From Polyangia bacterium (GTDB lineage Bacteria; Myxococcota_A; Polyangia; Nannocystales; Nannocystaceae): 55,180 bases of DNA. The stretch is taken from assembly GCA_030431075.1 (NCBI GenBank), contig JAUIJR010000001.1, positions 1 through 55,180 on the forward strand. Reading direction: 5' to 3'. The position numbers and the translations under genes are program-made. The notes under the pieces were generated by a model. It saw nothing but the letters and a program-made list of their open reading frames with translations. It searched no databases and was not told the DNA's origin. This document shows, in pieces, positions 17,052 through 25,823 of the stretch; the first letter of the stretch is position 1, and every line of letters begins with the position of its first letter.

Positions 17052-18722
17052 ATGAACGAACTCATGTCTCGGATTCGACGACTGACCGCGATCGCCTGCG
17101 CCTTGTGCGTGTGGGCATGGGCCGGGAGCGCCCTGGCCGCGGGGCCGACGGGCGGCTTGCTGCCGAACCTCTCCGGTCCGGCCGAAAGCAGCGCGCCCGC
17201 GCGGGAGACCGACTGCAGCGACGGCAAGGACAACGACGGCGACACCGTCTACGACTGCGGTGACCACGACTGCCACGACGATCCGGTCTGCCAGCCCTCG
17301 GGGAAGCGCGAGTCCTCCGACGAGCTGTGCGGGGACTGGGTCGACAACGACAAAGACGGTCACACCGACTGCGACGACCTCGACTGCGACGGCACCGACA
17401 TCTGCAAGGGCTCGTGGGACAAGGCGGCGGGGCAGGTCTCGGCGAGCGGGGATGGCAGCGGGACCGACAATGGGTCGGGCAATGGGTCGGGCAATGGTCA
17501 GGTCGCGATCGGGGACGGCAGCGACGGCGGGCTCACGGGCGACGAAGCCCCCGAGGACCTCATCGGCCGGGGCCAGGACGCCGACGGTGAGCGCAACAAC
17601 TACTCATGTAGCGACGGCATCGACAACGACGGCGATGGCCAGATCGACTGCGCCGACATCGGCTGTCGCCTGGACACCCAGGTGACCGTCTGCCAGCCGG
17701 GCGCGAACTTTCGCTTCTCGGTCGTCGCGCGTGCGGAGCAGTCCTACAACCTGCAGCCGGCACAAAACGAGAGCCCCTGGAACACCGAGTTCACCTCCTT
17801 GCAGCTGCGGGTGCTGGGCCAGATGCCCTTCATCCAGAACTCCTTCTTCTTGATCTCGGCCCGCGCCGAGAAAACCCCGCGCGTCACCTTCGCCACCTTC
17901 CAAGTGCCGATCCGCAAGGGGCACTACGTGAACGTGAACTCGGGTGGCGGTGGCCTCTCGCTCGAGCTCATTCGCTCGACGCACAAGCGGATGCTCGCGG
18001 ACCCGGCCTTCTACGTCTACAACGCCTTCGAGCAGGGCAACGGCGCGGCGCTGGAGTTCGGCGGCCCGCTGTCGAAGAACGGCAAGTTCTGGTACCGCAC
18101 CTTTGTCGCCGGCGGCTCGGGTCGCTTCGCCGGAAACATCGGCGGGACCTTCTTCCCCGACAACAACCGCAACTACACCTGGACGGTGGGTGCACAGGCG
18201 CAGGCCAACGTCATCGGTTACTACAACCGCTTCGACTCGCCCTTCTTGTTCACGAAGGTGCCGACCACGCTCACTTTCATTCTGGGTGCCAAGTACGACC
18301 AGCGCGCCCAGGAGCGCTACCCGGCCGCCAACGCCCAGGCGATCTTTCGCTGGCGTCGTCTGATCTGGATGGCCGAGTTCTACGGCAAGCGTGAGCTCAA
18401 CTTCCAAAACTGGCAGTACGCCTGGAACACCCAGATCGGCGTGCTCGCGGTCCAAAAGCGCCTCTTTTTCGCCGGCGATGTCGGCATGTACCGCGCGACC
18501 GACTTTGAGCGTCTACCCGCGGACATCGGCGACGACCTTCGACGTCAGCAAGAAGAGCTGCAGTACCGCTTCGCGGCGCACGTCTATTTGTGGCGCGACG
18601 TCTTCTACGCCTCGCTCGTGTGGCGGGATCGTCGACTCGCGGGCACGCCGGCCCAGCCCGACCCCAACCTCGACGTCGACATCCAACAAGATGTCCGCGC
18701 GATGGTGACCTACCGCTGGTAG
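17052..18722 (+). CDS. outer-membrane beta-barrel-like protein with N-terminal Cys-braced DxDxDG repeats
   Basis: The Sec signal is MNELMSRIRRLTAIACALCVWAWAGSALA. Three copies of the same repeat as the upstream lipoprotein are present (CSDGKDNDGDTVYDCGDHDC, CGDWVDNDKDGHTDCDDLDC, CSDGIDNDGDGQIDCADIGC). A Gly/Ser/Asp linker follows, then about 340 aa with alternating hydrophobicity and a C-terminal aromatic end ...MVTYRW, which resembles an OMP beta-signal. Confidence 0.7.
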   Translation: MNELMSRIRRLTAIACALCVWAWAGSALAAGPTGGLLPNLSGPAESSAPARETDCSDGKDNDGDTVYDCGDHDCHDDPVCQPSGKRESSDELCGDWVDNDKDGHTDCDDLDCDGTDICKGSWDKAAGQVSASGDGSGTDNGSGNGSGNGQVAIGDGSDGGLTGDEAPEDLIGRGQDADGERNNYSCSDGIDNDGDGQIDCADIGCRLDTQVTVCQPGANFRFSVVARAEQSYNLQPAQNESPWNTEFTSLQLRVLGQMPFIQNSFFLISARAEKTPRVTFATFQVPIRKGHYVNVNSGGGGLSLELIRSTHKRMLADPAFYVYNAFEQGNGAALEFGGPLSKNGKFWYRTFVAGGSGRFAGNIGGTFFPDNNRNYTWTVGAQAQANVIGYYNRFDSPFLFTKVPTTLTFILGAKYDQRAQERYPAANAQAIFRWRRLIWMAEFYGKRELNFQNWQYAWNTQIGVLAVQKRLFFAGDVGMYRATDFERLPADIGDDLRRQQEELQYRFAAHVYLWRDVFYASLVWRDRRLAGTPAQPDPNLDVDIQQDVRAMVTYRW

Positions 18723-19363
18723 CGCCGCCGCAGGCCCAGCAAGGGGAGTAGCGCCAGGGCGCTGGCCGGGGCCGGGGCGCTGCGACAGCTGCAGCCGGTG
18801 CCCGAAGACTCGGCTTGGCCACCGGCCTCACCGCTTTCGCCCGTCTCGTTGAGCTCGCCGGTCACGGTGCTCTCGCCCCCTTCGACCAAGCGCAGGTCCA
18901 CGCAGCTGTAGTAGAGGTCGTTGCCGTCGCCGTAGGGCGACTTGTCGGTCATGATCTGGGCGAGCTGCAAGGTGCAGTTCTCGCACTCGACATCCGGAAG
19001 CGTGACCTCGACGACGTAGCTGCCGCCGTCTTTGTCGGGGATGTTGTCCAACAAGACGGCGTCGCTCGTGTAGTAGTCGTAGAAGTCGGCCGGATCGACG
19101 AGGTCATCGTCGCCGTCTTCGTCGAAGGCGATCCGAAAGTAGCCGGGGTGATCGATGAACTCCTCGAACTCGATGGTGATCGTCTCGCCCGGTCCGTAGG
19201 TGTAGCGGACCTCGCCGGGGCCGCCGCCGGCCCGACCACAGGGGCCGTCTTTGATCTCGCCCATGCCGTAGCGGGTCTGGTGCGAGGTGATGTAGGCGTG
19301 GGACGCGGCGGCCATGGGCCACATGCACATGAACCCGAAGGCGAGGATCGAAGGCCATCGCAC
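18710..19363 (-). CDS. LPMO-like (histidine-brace) copper-protein candidate with MYXO-CTERM sorting tail
   Basis: The signal peptide from a GTG start ends AAS|H, so the mature N-terminus HAYITSHQTR resembles the AA10 N-terminus HGYVxSPxSR. A second His lies in FIDHPGYFRIAF. The C-terminus GCSCRSAPAPASALALLPLLGLRRRYQR matches the MYXO-CTERM (TIGR03901) pattern. Confidence 0.65.
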   Translation of the reverse strand: MRWPSILAFGFMCMWPMAAASHAYITSHQTRYGMGEIKDGPCGRAGGGPGEVRYTYGPGETITIEFEEFIDHPGYFRIAFDEDGDDDLVDPADFYDYYTSDAVLLDNIPDKDGGSYVVEVTLPDVECENCTLQLAQIMTDKSPYGDGNDLYYSCVDLRLVEGGESTVTGELNETGESGEAGGQAESSGTGCSCRSAPAPASALALLPLLGLRRRYQR

Positions 19364-19525
19364 CGCGTCACGCTAGCACGCGACTGCGAGCGAGGCCCCG
19401 TCGGCCCCGGCGTGCCGCCATTGCGCCGGCCCTCGATGCCGCGAGAGGCCCCGGGGGCCGGGACCTGGGCCTGCGTCGGGCCCTCGCTTGCCCCCTCGGG
19501 CGCTCGGCTGCTAGTTCCTCTCGTC

Positions 19526-21142
19526 ATGAGTGACGCCAGCGAGGCCGTTCTCTCCTACAAGCGCGACACCCCGAGCGGCGACTTCGACGCCATCGTGATC
19601 GGCTCGGGCCTGGGCGGGCTGACCTGCGCCGCCTTGCTCGCAAAGGCCGGGAAACGCTGTTTGGTGCTCGAGCGGCACTACGTGCTCGGGGGCTTCACGC
19701 ACGTGTTCAAGCGCAAGGGTTTCGAGTGGGACGTCGGCGTCCACTACGTCGGCGAGGTGCACAAGCCGACCAGCATTCTCAAGCAGCTCTTCGACCACGT
19801 CACCGACGGCACCCTCGAGTGGGCGGACATGGGCGAGGTCTACGACCGCTTCGTCTTCGGCGAGGACATGTACCCCCTGCGCAAGGGCGTGCAGGGGTTC
19901 AAGGACTGCCTCAAAGAGAAGTTCCCCGCGGCCGAGGATCAGCAGGCCATCGACGACTACGTCGACCTCGTGTTCGAGGTGGTCAAGAGCTCGCGCAACT
20001 TCTTCGGCGAAAAGGCGCTGCCCAAGGCGGCGGCGTGGGCGGCCGGCGGGTTGATGCGACGCAGCTACCTCAAGTACGCGCGGCGCACGACCCTCGATGT
20101 GCTGCGCGAGCTGACGCGCAACGAAAAACTGATCGGCGTCTTGTGCGGGCAGTACGGCGACTACGGACTGCCACCGAGCGAGAGCAGCTTCGCCATGCAC
20201 GCGACTTTGGTGAAGCACTACTTCGCCGGCGGGGCCTACCCGGTTGGCGGCTCGGGTCGCATCGCCGAGGCCATGGTGCCGCTCATCGAACAAGCGGGCG
20301 GACAGTGCTTCACCAACGCGGAGATCGACGAGGTCATCGTCAAGGCGGGCCAAGCCGTGGGTGTGCGCATGGCCGACGGCCGTGAGTTCTTCGCCCCCGA
20401 CGTCATCTCCAACGCGGGCGCGCTCAACACCTACGAGCGCCTCTTGCCCGACACGGTGCGCGGCGAGATCGACAGCAAGAAGATCGTCAAGGGCCTCGAA
20501 CCCTCGGCCGCCCACGTGAGCTTGTACATCGGCCTCGACAAGACTCCCGAAGAGCTGAAGCTGCCCAAAGCCAACTACTGGATCTATCCGCACTACGATC
20601 ACGACAAGGCGGTGAAGGACTACCTCGCGGACGAAGAGGCGCCGCTGCCGGTCTGCTACATCTCCTTTCCGGCCGCCAAGGATCCAGACTTTCAGCGCCG
20701 ACACCCCGGCAAGAGCACCATCGAGATCATCACCTTGGCGCCTTGGGACCGTTTTGCGCAGTGGGACGGCACCCGCTGGAAGAAGCGCGGCGAGGACTAC
20801 GAGGCCTATAAGGCGCGCTTGTCGGAGCGTCTGCTCGAGCAGCTCTTCCGCTTCGAGCCGCAGGTGCGTGAGGCCATCGTGCACCACGAGCTGTCGACGC
20901 CGCTTTCGACCAAGCACTTCGTGAACTACACCAAAGGCGAGATCTACGGCCTCGCCCACGATCCCGAGCGCTTCGAGTCCAAGTGGCTCCGGCCGCGCAC
21001 CCCGGTCCCGGGCCTGTGGATGACCGGGCAGGACATCTCGACGTGCGGGGTGGGGGGCGCGCTTTTTGCCGGCTACCTCACCGTTTCGGCCATGACCAAG
21101 CAAAACCTGGTCATGGACGTGCTCAGCGCCAAGGCCTCCTGA
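19526..21142 (+). CDS. NAD(P)/FAD-dependent oxidoreductase, phytoene desaturase / retinol-saturase-like family
   Basis: Uses the internal ATG at 19526 of track ORF 18815..21142. The dinucleotide-binding motif DAIVIGSGLGGLTCAALLAKAGKRCLVLE is present. The 538-aa length and overall pattern are typical of CrtI/RetSat-like enzymes. Confidence 0.85.
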   Translation: MSDASEAVLSYKRDTPSGDFDAIVIGSGLGGLTCAALLAKAGKRCLVLERHYVLGGFTHVFKRKGFEWDVGVHYVGEVHKPTSILKQLFDHVTDGTLEWADMGEVYDRFVFGEDMYPLRKGVQGFKDCLKEKFPAAEDQQAIDDYVDLVFEVVKSSRNFFGEKALPKAAAWAAGGLMRRSYLKYARRTTLDVLRELTRNEKLIGVLCGQYGDYGLPPSESSFAMHATLVKHYFAGGAYPVGGSGRIAEAMVPLIEQAGGQCFTNAEIDEVIVKAGQAVGVRMADGREFFAPDVISNAGALNTYERLLPDTVRGEIDSKKIVKGLEPSAAHVSLYIGLDKTPEELKLPKANYWIYPHYDHDKAVKDYLADEEAPLPVCYISFPAAKDPDFQRRHPGKSTIEIITLAPWDRFAQWDGTRWKKRGEDYEAYKARLSERLLEQLFRFEPQVREAIVHHELSTPLSTKHFVNYTKGEIYGLAHDPERFESKWLRPRTPVPGLWMTGQDISTCGVGGALFAGYLTVSAMTKQNLVMDVLSAKAS

Positions 21143-21219
21143 GGCCCGGGCGCGGCGGGCGGCTTGACCACGGCGCCTGGGCTCGCAAAGGTGCCGAGGT
21201 GAGCGAGGTGGGCCGACCG

Positions 21220-21801
21220 ATGCAAGCGCGGGCGCGTCGCACCCGTGCGGCCTTGGTCGAGGCGGCGATGGCCGAGTTCTCCGAGCGCGGCCACGCCTCG
21301 GCGACGACCAAATCGATCGCCGAGCGAGCCGGCGTGGCGACGGGGAGCTTTTACCAGTACTTCGAAAACAAGGACGTCATCTTGCGGGAGATCGCCCGCC
21401 GGCGCTTCGAGGGGATCGTCGATCGGGCGCTGGCCATGCTGCCTTCGCCGCGCTCGGACGACCCGCCACAGCGGATCCGGGCCTCCTTGCAGGCCATCGT
21501 TGCGCTGGTGATCGCCTTGCACCGCGATGACCCGGGCCTGCACACGGTGCTCACGGAGCGGCGTCACGTCGACGAAGAACTCGATGCGATCACCACAAAC
21601 TTCGAGCACGCGATCATGGATCGCATCGTCGAGTGGTTGGGGATCTGGCGGCCCGGCATCGACGGCGAGGCCACGGCCTTCGTCTTGTTCGGCATGCTCG
21701 AAGGGGCGGTGCACACCCACGTGCTCGGTCACCCGCGGGTTTCGGATCTTCGCTTCGTCGAGGCCTTGGTCGACGCCCTCGCGCGCATCGTCATTCGCTG
21801 A
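21220..21801 (+). CDS. TetR/AcrR family transcriptional regulator
   Basis: The N-terminal helix-turn-helix reads RTRAALVEAAMAEFSERGHASATTKSIAERAGVATGSFYQYFENKD. The start is the ATG at 21220; an upstream GTG is also possible. Confidence 0.85.
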   Translation: MQARARRTRAALVEAAMAEFSERGHASATTKSIAERAGVATGSFYQYFENKDVILREIARRRFEGIVDRALAMLPSPRSDDPPQRIRASLQAIVALVIALHRDDPGLHTVLTERRHVDEELDAITTNFEHAIMDRIVEWLGIWRPGIDGEATAFVLFGMLEGAVHTHVLGHPRVSDLRFVEALVDALARIVIR

Positions 21802-22330
21802 GGCGCGCGTGACAGTCGGGGCACAGCCAGCGCCGCGGCCCCGCGAGGTCGCTCAAGCCCAAGTAGGCCTCGTCGCCGCGTTCGAGGGTCTCGCCTCCGA
21901 GCGCGCAGCGCTCGTTGCGGTTCACGTGCAGTGACTGCCACGCGTAGATGTCCTTGAAGTCGGGGACGGTGGGCTCGGCATCGGGTTCGGGGTCGGGAGC
22001 TGGGGGCGGGGCAGCGGCGTCCTCGGCCCTCGCGGCGCTGGGGGCCGCCCGTCCGCGTGCGCCGTAGTGGGTGGCGGCACGCCGCGCGAGGCGAGTGGCA
22101 TCGGTAGAGGCCTGGCGTCCGAGGCCGATGGCGTCCTGGGCGATGGCGTCCACGTTGTCGACCACGTTGCCGACGAGGTGTACGGCGTCCTCGAGCACGT
22201 GTCGGATCAGCTGCGAGACGGGCAGGCGTCTGCGCGCGGCCTCGGCCTTGAGCGCGTCGTCGAGCTCCTGGTTGACGCGGGTCTGAACGACACGGTCCTT
22301 GCGCTCGGAGGGATCCTTGCGGGCCGGCAT
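21791..22330 (-). CDS. ribbon-helix-helix (CopG/Arc-like) DNA-binding protein with C-terminal Cys-containing (zinc-ribbon-like) tail
   Basis: The ATG at 22330 gives MPARKDPSERKDRVVQTRVNQELDDALKAEAARRRLPVSQLIRHVLEDA, an RHH pattern. The C-terminus reads NERCALGGE...WLCPDCHARL. The 48 upstream codons of the track ORF lie in the AT-rich island and are rejected. Confidence 0.6.
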   Translation of the reverse strand: MPARKDPSERKDRVVQTRVNQELDDALKAEAARRRLPVSQLIRHVLEDAVHLVGNVVDNVDAIAQDAIGLGRQASTDATRLARRAATHYGARGRAAPSAARAEDAAAPPPAPDPEPDAEPTVPDFKDIYAWQSLHVNRNERCALGGETLERGDEAYLGLSDLAGPRRWLCPDCHARLSE

Positions 22331-22448
22331 GAACTTTTTTGTAATACAAAAGTTGACGAATTCGCAAGCAGTGAGCTCGTGTATTCCATAAGTATTTGAA
22401 AGTACATATGTATTCGTACCGTTGACTTTGTATTCGTTTGTATGACAA
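22331..22448. promoter_or_regulatory. AT-rich divergent promoter/operator island
   Basis: Read directly from the sequence. An imperfect inverted repeat ACTTTTTTGTA-A-TACAAAAGT lies at about 22333-22353. There are two TTGAC boxes (22352-22357 and 22421-22426). TGTATTCGT is a direct repeat at 22409 and 22429, exactly 20 bp apart, with further GTATTC/GTAT copies. The composition is far more AT-rich than any other part of the window. Confidence 0.55.
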
Positions 22449-23654
22449 ATGGAGAGCATGAGTTCCCCAAGCACTCCCTTCGCGTCCGAAGAGGCCCGCC
22501 TCGAGTCCTTTCGGCGCGCCCTCGACGCGATTCACGCCCGTGAGAAGGCGGCCATGGGCCAAGCCGACCTCGAGCAGATGCGGCGTCTCGACAACTTTAG
22601 CCACAGCCTCGGATGGATCGGGCGCGGCCTCATCGCCTTCACGCCCGGACCGATCGGCTTCGTCCTCGGTGTGGGCGCGCTCTTCGTCCACAAGCAGCTG
22701 CAGGCCACCGAGATCGGGCACACCGTCTTGCACGGTTGCTACGACCGCATCGTCTGCGAGCGCCAGGGGGCCGAGCACAACCTGCGCTCCGAGACCTGGA
22801 CGTGGCTCGTGCCCATCGACGAGGCCAGCTGGCGCCACGAGCACAACGTCAAGCACCACCAGTACACCAACATCGTCGGCCGCGATCCGGACACCCGCTT
22901 CGGGCACGTGCGTCTGAACGCACACGTCGAGCACAAGGAGCATCACCGATTCCAACTCGTCGGAGGTCTGGTCAGCTGGCTCAGCTTCGGCTTTTGGATG
23001 AACACCCACGCCACCGGACTGACCGACGCGTGGCTGCACGAAAGCGGCGACTACGACGTCATCGACGCCGACGACCCCGAGCAGGTGCGCGGCGCCTACG
23101 GCCGCGCGTGGGGAAAGTTCCGGCGCTACTACGCCAAAGAGTTGCTCTTGTACCCGCTGATGACCGGCCCCTTCTTCTTTCGGGCTTTGCTCGGCAACGT
23201 GATCACCGAGCTGATGCGCGACCTCTACTCCGCGGCGACGATCTGGTGCGGCCACATCGGCGAAGAGACGGCCGCCTTCCCGAAGGGCACGCGCTCGGGT
23301 GGACGCGCCCGCTGGTACGAGATGCAAGTCGAAGCCACCAACAACTTCGAGGTCCCGCTCCCCATCTCCATGCTCTGCGGCGGTCTCGACAAACAGATCG
23401 AGCACCATCTCTTCCCGCGCCTGCCGCCGGCACGCCTTCGGTCCATCGCGCCCGAGGTGCGGGCCATCTGCGAGGCCCACGGGGTTCGCTACCGCAGCGC
23501 GGGTTGGGGACGCACCTTGGTCCAGGCTTTGCGTGAGGTCTTGCGCCTGCAACGGCCCGATGCCGAGCCGCGCGCCGCGTACTCGGGCCCGGGCCAGGGA
23601 CGGGCTCCGGGGAGCGCGGGCACGCCTCGACCGGCGTCCGCACACGCAGCCTGA
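22449..23654 (+). CDS. membrane fatty-acid (acyl-CoA/acyl-lipid) desaturase, DesA3/'linoleoyl-CoA desaturase'-like
   Basis: Three histidine boxes are present: HTVLH, HNVKHH and QIEHHLFP (the Q-type third box). Hydrophobic segments lie between them. The start could be the ATG at 22449 or at 22458, and no clear RBS is visible. Confidence 0.85.
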   Translation: MESMSSPSTPFASEEARLESFRRALDAIHAREKAAMGQADLEQMRRLDNFSHSLGWIGRGLIAFTPGPIGFVLGVGALFVHKQLQATEIGHTVLHGCYDRIVCERQGAEHNLRSETWTWLVPIDEASWRHEHNVKHHQYTNIVGRDPDTRFGHVRLNAHVEHKEHHRFQLVGGLVSWLSFGFWMNTHATGLTDAWLHESGDYDVIDADDPEQVRGAYGRAWGKFRRYYAKELLLYPLMTGPFFFRALLGNVITELMRDLYSAATIWCGHIGEETAAFPKGTRSGGRARWYEMQVEATNNFEVPLPISMLCGGLDKQIEHHLFPRLPPARLRSIAPEVRAICEAHGVRYRSAGWGRTLVQALREVLRLQRPDAEPRAAYSGPGQGRAPGSAGTPRPASAHAA

Positions 23655-23697
23655 GCCGGGGCTTCGGTGGACGCGAGAGATCAGGCACGATGCGCCG

Positions 23698-24495
23698 GTG
23701 AACGACAGCGTCGAGCAACCCATCGCCCGCGACCTGGCCGACCAGGTCGCCATCGTCACCGGCGCCTCGCGTGGAATCGGCGAGGCCATCGCTCGCCGCT
23801 TCGCCGCCGCCGGGGCCCAGGTGGTCTTGGCCGCCCGCAAGCCGGACGCCTTGAACGCCGTCGCCGATTCCATCCGTGAGGCCGGCGGCCAAGCGCACGC
23901 CCACGTCACCCACACCGGAGACCCCAGCTCGATTCAGGCCTTGGTCGAGGCCACCGTGGAGCGCTTCGGCGGGGTCGACATCGTCGTCAACAACGCCGCC
24001 ACCAACCCGCACTTTGGTCCCTTCATGAGCGCCGACGATGCGCAGTGGGACAAGACCTTCGAAGTCAACGTGAAGGGCTACTTCAACTTGGTCAAGGCGG
24101 CCCTGCCGAGCTTCGAGTCGCGAGGCGGGGGGGCCGTCATCAACGTCGCCTCGGTCGCCGGACTTCAGCCGCAGCTCGGGATGGGCGTGTACTGCTGCTC
24201 GAAGGCCGCGGTGGTGATGATGACGGAGGTGATGGCGAGTGAGCTCGCGGCCAAGGGAGTGCGCGTCAACGCGATCGCCCCCGGCTTCGTGAAGACCCGC
24301 TTTTCGGGGGTCTTGTGGCAGTCGCCCGAGCTGCTCGCCAAGATCACGAAGATGATTCCCCAAGGTCGCATGGCCGAACCCGAAGAGATCGCGGGGGCGG
24401 CACACTTTTTGGCCTCACCGGCCGGCTCGTACACCACGGGGACCATCATGCGGGTGGACGGTGGGCAGCTCTCGAGCGCCGGCGCCCTGGACTGA
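23698..24495 (+). CDS. SDR family oxidoreductase
   Basis: The GTG at 23698, in frame with track ORF 23299..24495, is used as the start. The motifs [12 protein letters not shown] and YCCSK (YxxxK) are present. Confidence 0.85.
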   Translation: MNDSVEQPIARDLADQVAIVTGASRGIGEAIARRFAAAGAQVVLAARKPDALNAVADSIREAGGQAHAHVTHTGDPSSIQALVEATVERFGGVDIVVNNAATNPHFGPFMSADDAQWDKTFEVNVKGYFNLVKAALPSFESRGGGAVINVASVAGLQPQLGMGVYCCSKAAVVMMTEVMASELAAKGVRVNAIAPGFVKTRFSGVLWQSPELLAKITKMIPQGRMAEPEEIAGAAHFLASPAGSYTTGTIMRVDGGQLSSAGALD

Positions 24496-24536
24496 GCCCC
24501 GCGACCCGCGCACAGGGTGTAGACTGGCCGGCGCCG

Positions 24537-25799
24537 ATGAGCGAGTCGCCAGGGTCATTCGAGCTGCCGAGACCGGGGGAGCGCATCGATCGCGCCTACC
24601 TGGTCGAGCGGCAACTCGGGACGGGCTCGATGGGCTCGGTCGTGCTCGCCACCGACGAGGCCCTCGACCGCAAGGTCGCGATCAAGTTCGCGCGGCCCGA
24701 GCTGCGCAGCGACGATGAGCTGCGCGCCCGCATGCGCTTCGAAGCGCAGCTCATGGCCAAAGTGCGCCACGAGAACGTCGCGGGCGTCTACTCCCTGGGA
24801 GAGCTCGACGGGGTGCCCTACTTCGTCATGGAGTTCGTCGACGGCGAGGACCTCGACTCGGTCTTGGCGAAGCTTCGCGGCAGCGTCATGAAGCGCAGCG
24901 AGGGCCTGCGCGTTCTCGATGCGATCTGCCAGGGGGTGCACGCCATCCACTCCGTCGGCGCCACGCATGGCGACATCAAGCCCTCGAACATCATGATCGA
25001 GCGCGAGACGGGGCGCGTGGTGCTCACCGACTTTGGGGCCGCGCGCCTCTTGCACGAAGAAGACCCGCAGCGTTCCCCCCGCGGAACGCCCGCGTACATC
25101 GCACCCGAGAACCTCGGCGGCGAAGGGCATCAGCTTTCGGGGGACACCCGCGCCGACGTGTACTCGATCGGTGTCCTCGCCTACGAACTTCTGACCGGGC
25201 GCTTGCCCTTCGAGGCGCCGACGGTGGTGGGGATGCTGCGGGCACACCTGCGCCAAACCCCGCCCGAGCCGACCGTGCTCAACCCCGAGCTCAGCCCGAG
25301 CCTCGACCCGGTCTTGTTGGGCGCGCTGCAAAAAAACCCGGCGAGTCGCACGGCGAGCGTCGACATCCTGCGCGAGCAGCTCATCGAGGCGGGCGCCGAG
25401 CGGGCGACGACGGGGGAGGGCCTTCGCTTCGTCGTCGCCGACGACGACCCGGTCTTCTCGACATTGGCGCGCAGCCTGATCAAGTCGGCCTACCGCGACG
25501 CCGAGATCATCACCGTCGAAGACGGCGACGCCGCCCTCGAGGCCATCTCGGCCGGCCACACGAGCGCCTTGGTCTTGGACCTCGAGATGCCCAAGCGGCG
25601 CGGCGTCGAGGTCGTGCGAGCCTTGCGCTCACGCGAGGAGACGGCCCAGACCCCGGTGGTCGTGGTGACCGGAGAGGGCGGCGCCTCGGACTGGCGCGAG
25701 CTCTCGGCGCTGGGCACCGCGGGCTTTTTGGTCAAGCCCGTGGATCTCGGCGGCCTGCTGACCTTGCTGCGCCGCCTCGTCGAGCCCGAGCGTGTCTGA
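24537..25799 (+). CDS. Ser/Thr protein kinase fused to a C-terminal response-regulator receiver (REC) domain
   Basis: The ATG at 24537 is used as the start. Kinase motifs are GTGSMGSV, VAIKF, HGDIKPSN, DFG and the APE-like TPAYIAPE. REC motifs are VVADDD, VLDLEMP, VVVTG and VKP. Confidence 0.85.
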   Translation: MSESPGSFELPRPGERIDRAYLVERQLGTGSMGSVVLATDEALDRKVAIKFARPELRSDDELRARMRFEAQLMAKVRHENVAGVYSLGELDGVPYFVMEFVDGEDLDSVLAKLRGSVMKRSEGLRVLDAICQGVHAIHSVGATHGDIKPSNIMIERETGRVVLTDFGAARLLHEEDPQRSPRGTPAYIAPENLGGEGHQLSGDTRADVYSIGVLAYELLTGRLPFEAPTVVGMLRAHLRQTPPEPTVLNPELSPSLDPVLLGALQKNPASRTASVDILREQLIEAGAERATTGEGLRFVVADDDPVFSTLARSLIKSAYRDAEIITVEDGDAALEAISAGHTSALVLDLEMPKRRGVEVVRALRSREETAQTPVVVVTGEGGASDWRELSALGTAGFLVKPVDLGGLLTLLRRLVEPERV

Positions 25800-25823
25800 G
25801 CGCGTCGCCCCGGGCCTTCGAGC

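Noticed and set aside
15699-17363. 554-aa minus-strand ORF opposite the repeat lipoprotein gene
   Set aside because: Its Val/Ala/Gly/Arg composition mirrors the Asp/Cys-rich plus-strand repeats. It has no motifs of its own.
19511-21103. 530-aa minus-strand ORF opposite the FAD oxidoreductase
   Set aside because: It is an antisense shadow of a gene with a clear Rossmann GxGxxG motif and full-length family resemblance.
21729-23915. 728-aa minus-strand ORF spanning the RHH gene, the AT-rich island, the desaturase and the SDR start
   Set aside because: It would read through an obviously noncoding AT-rich island. It lies opposite a desaturase with all three His boxes, and its composition is Arg/Pro/Ala-rich.
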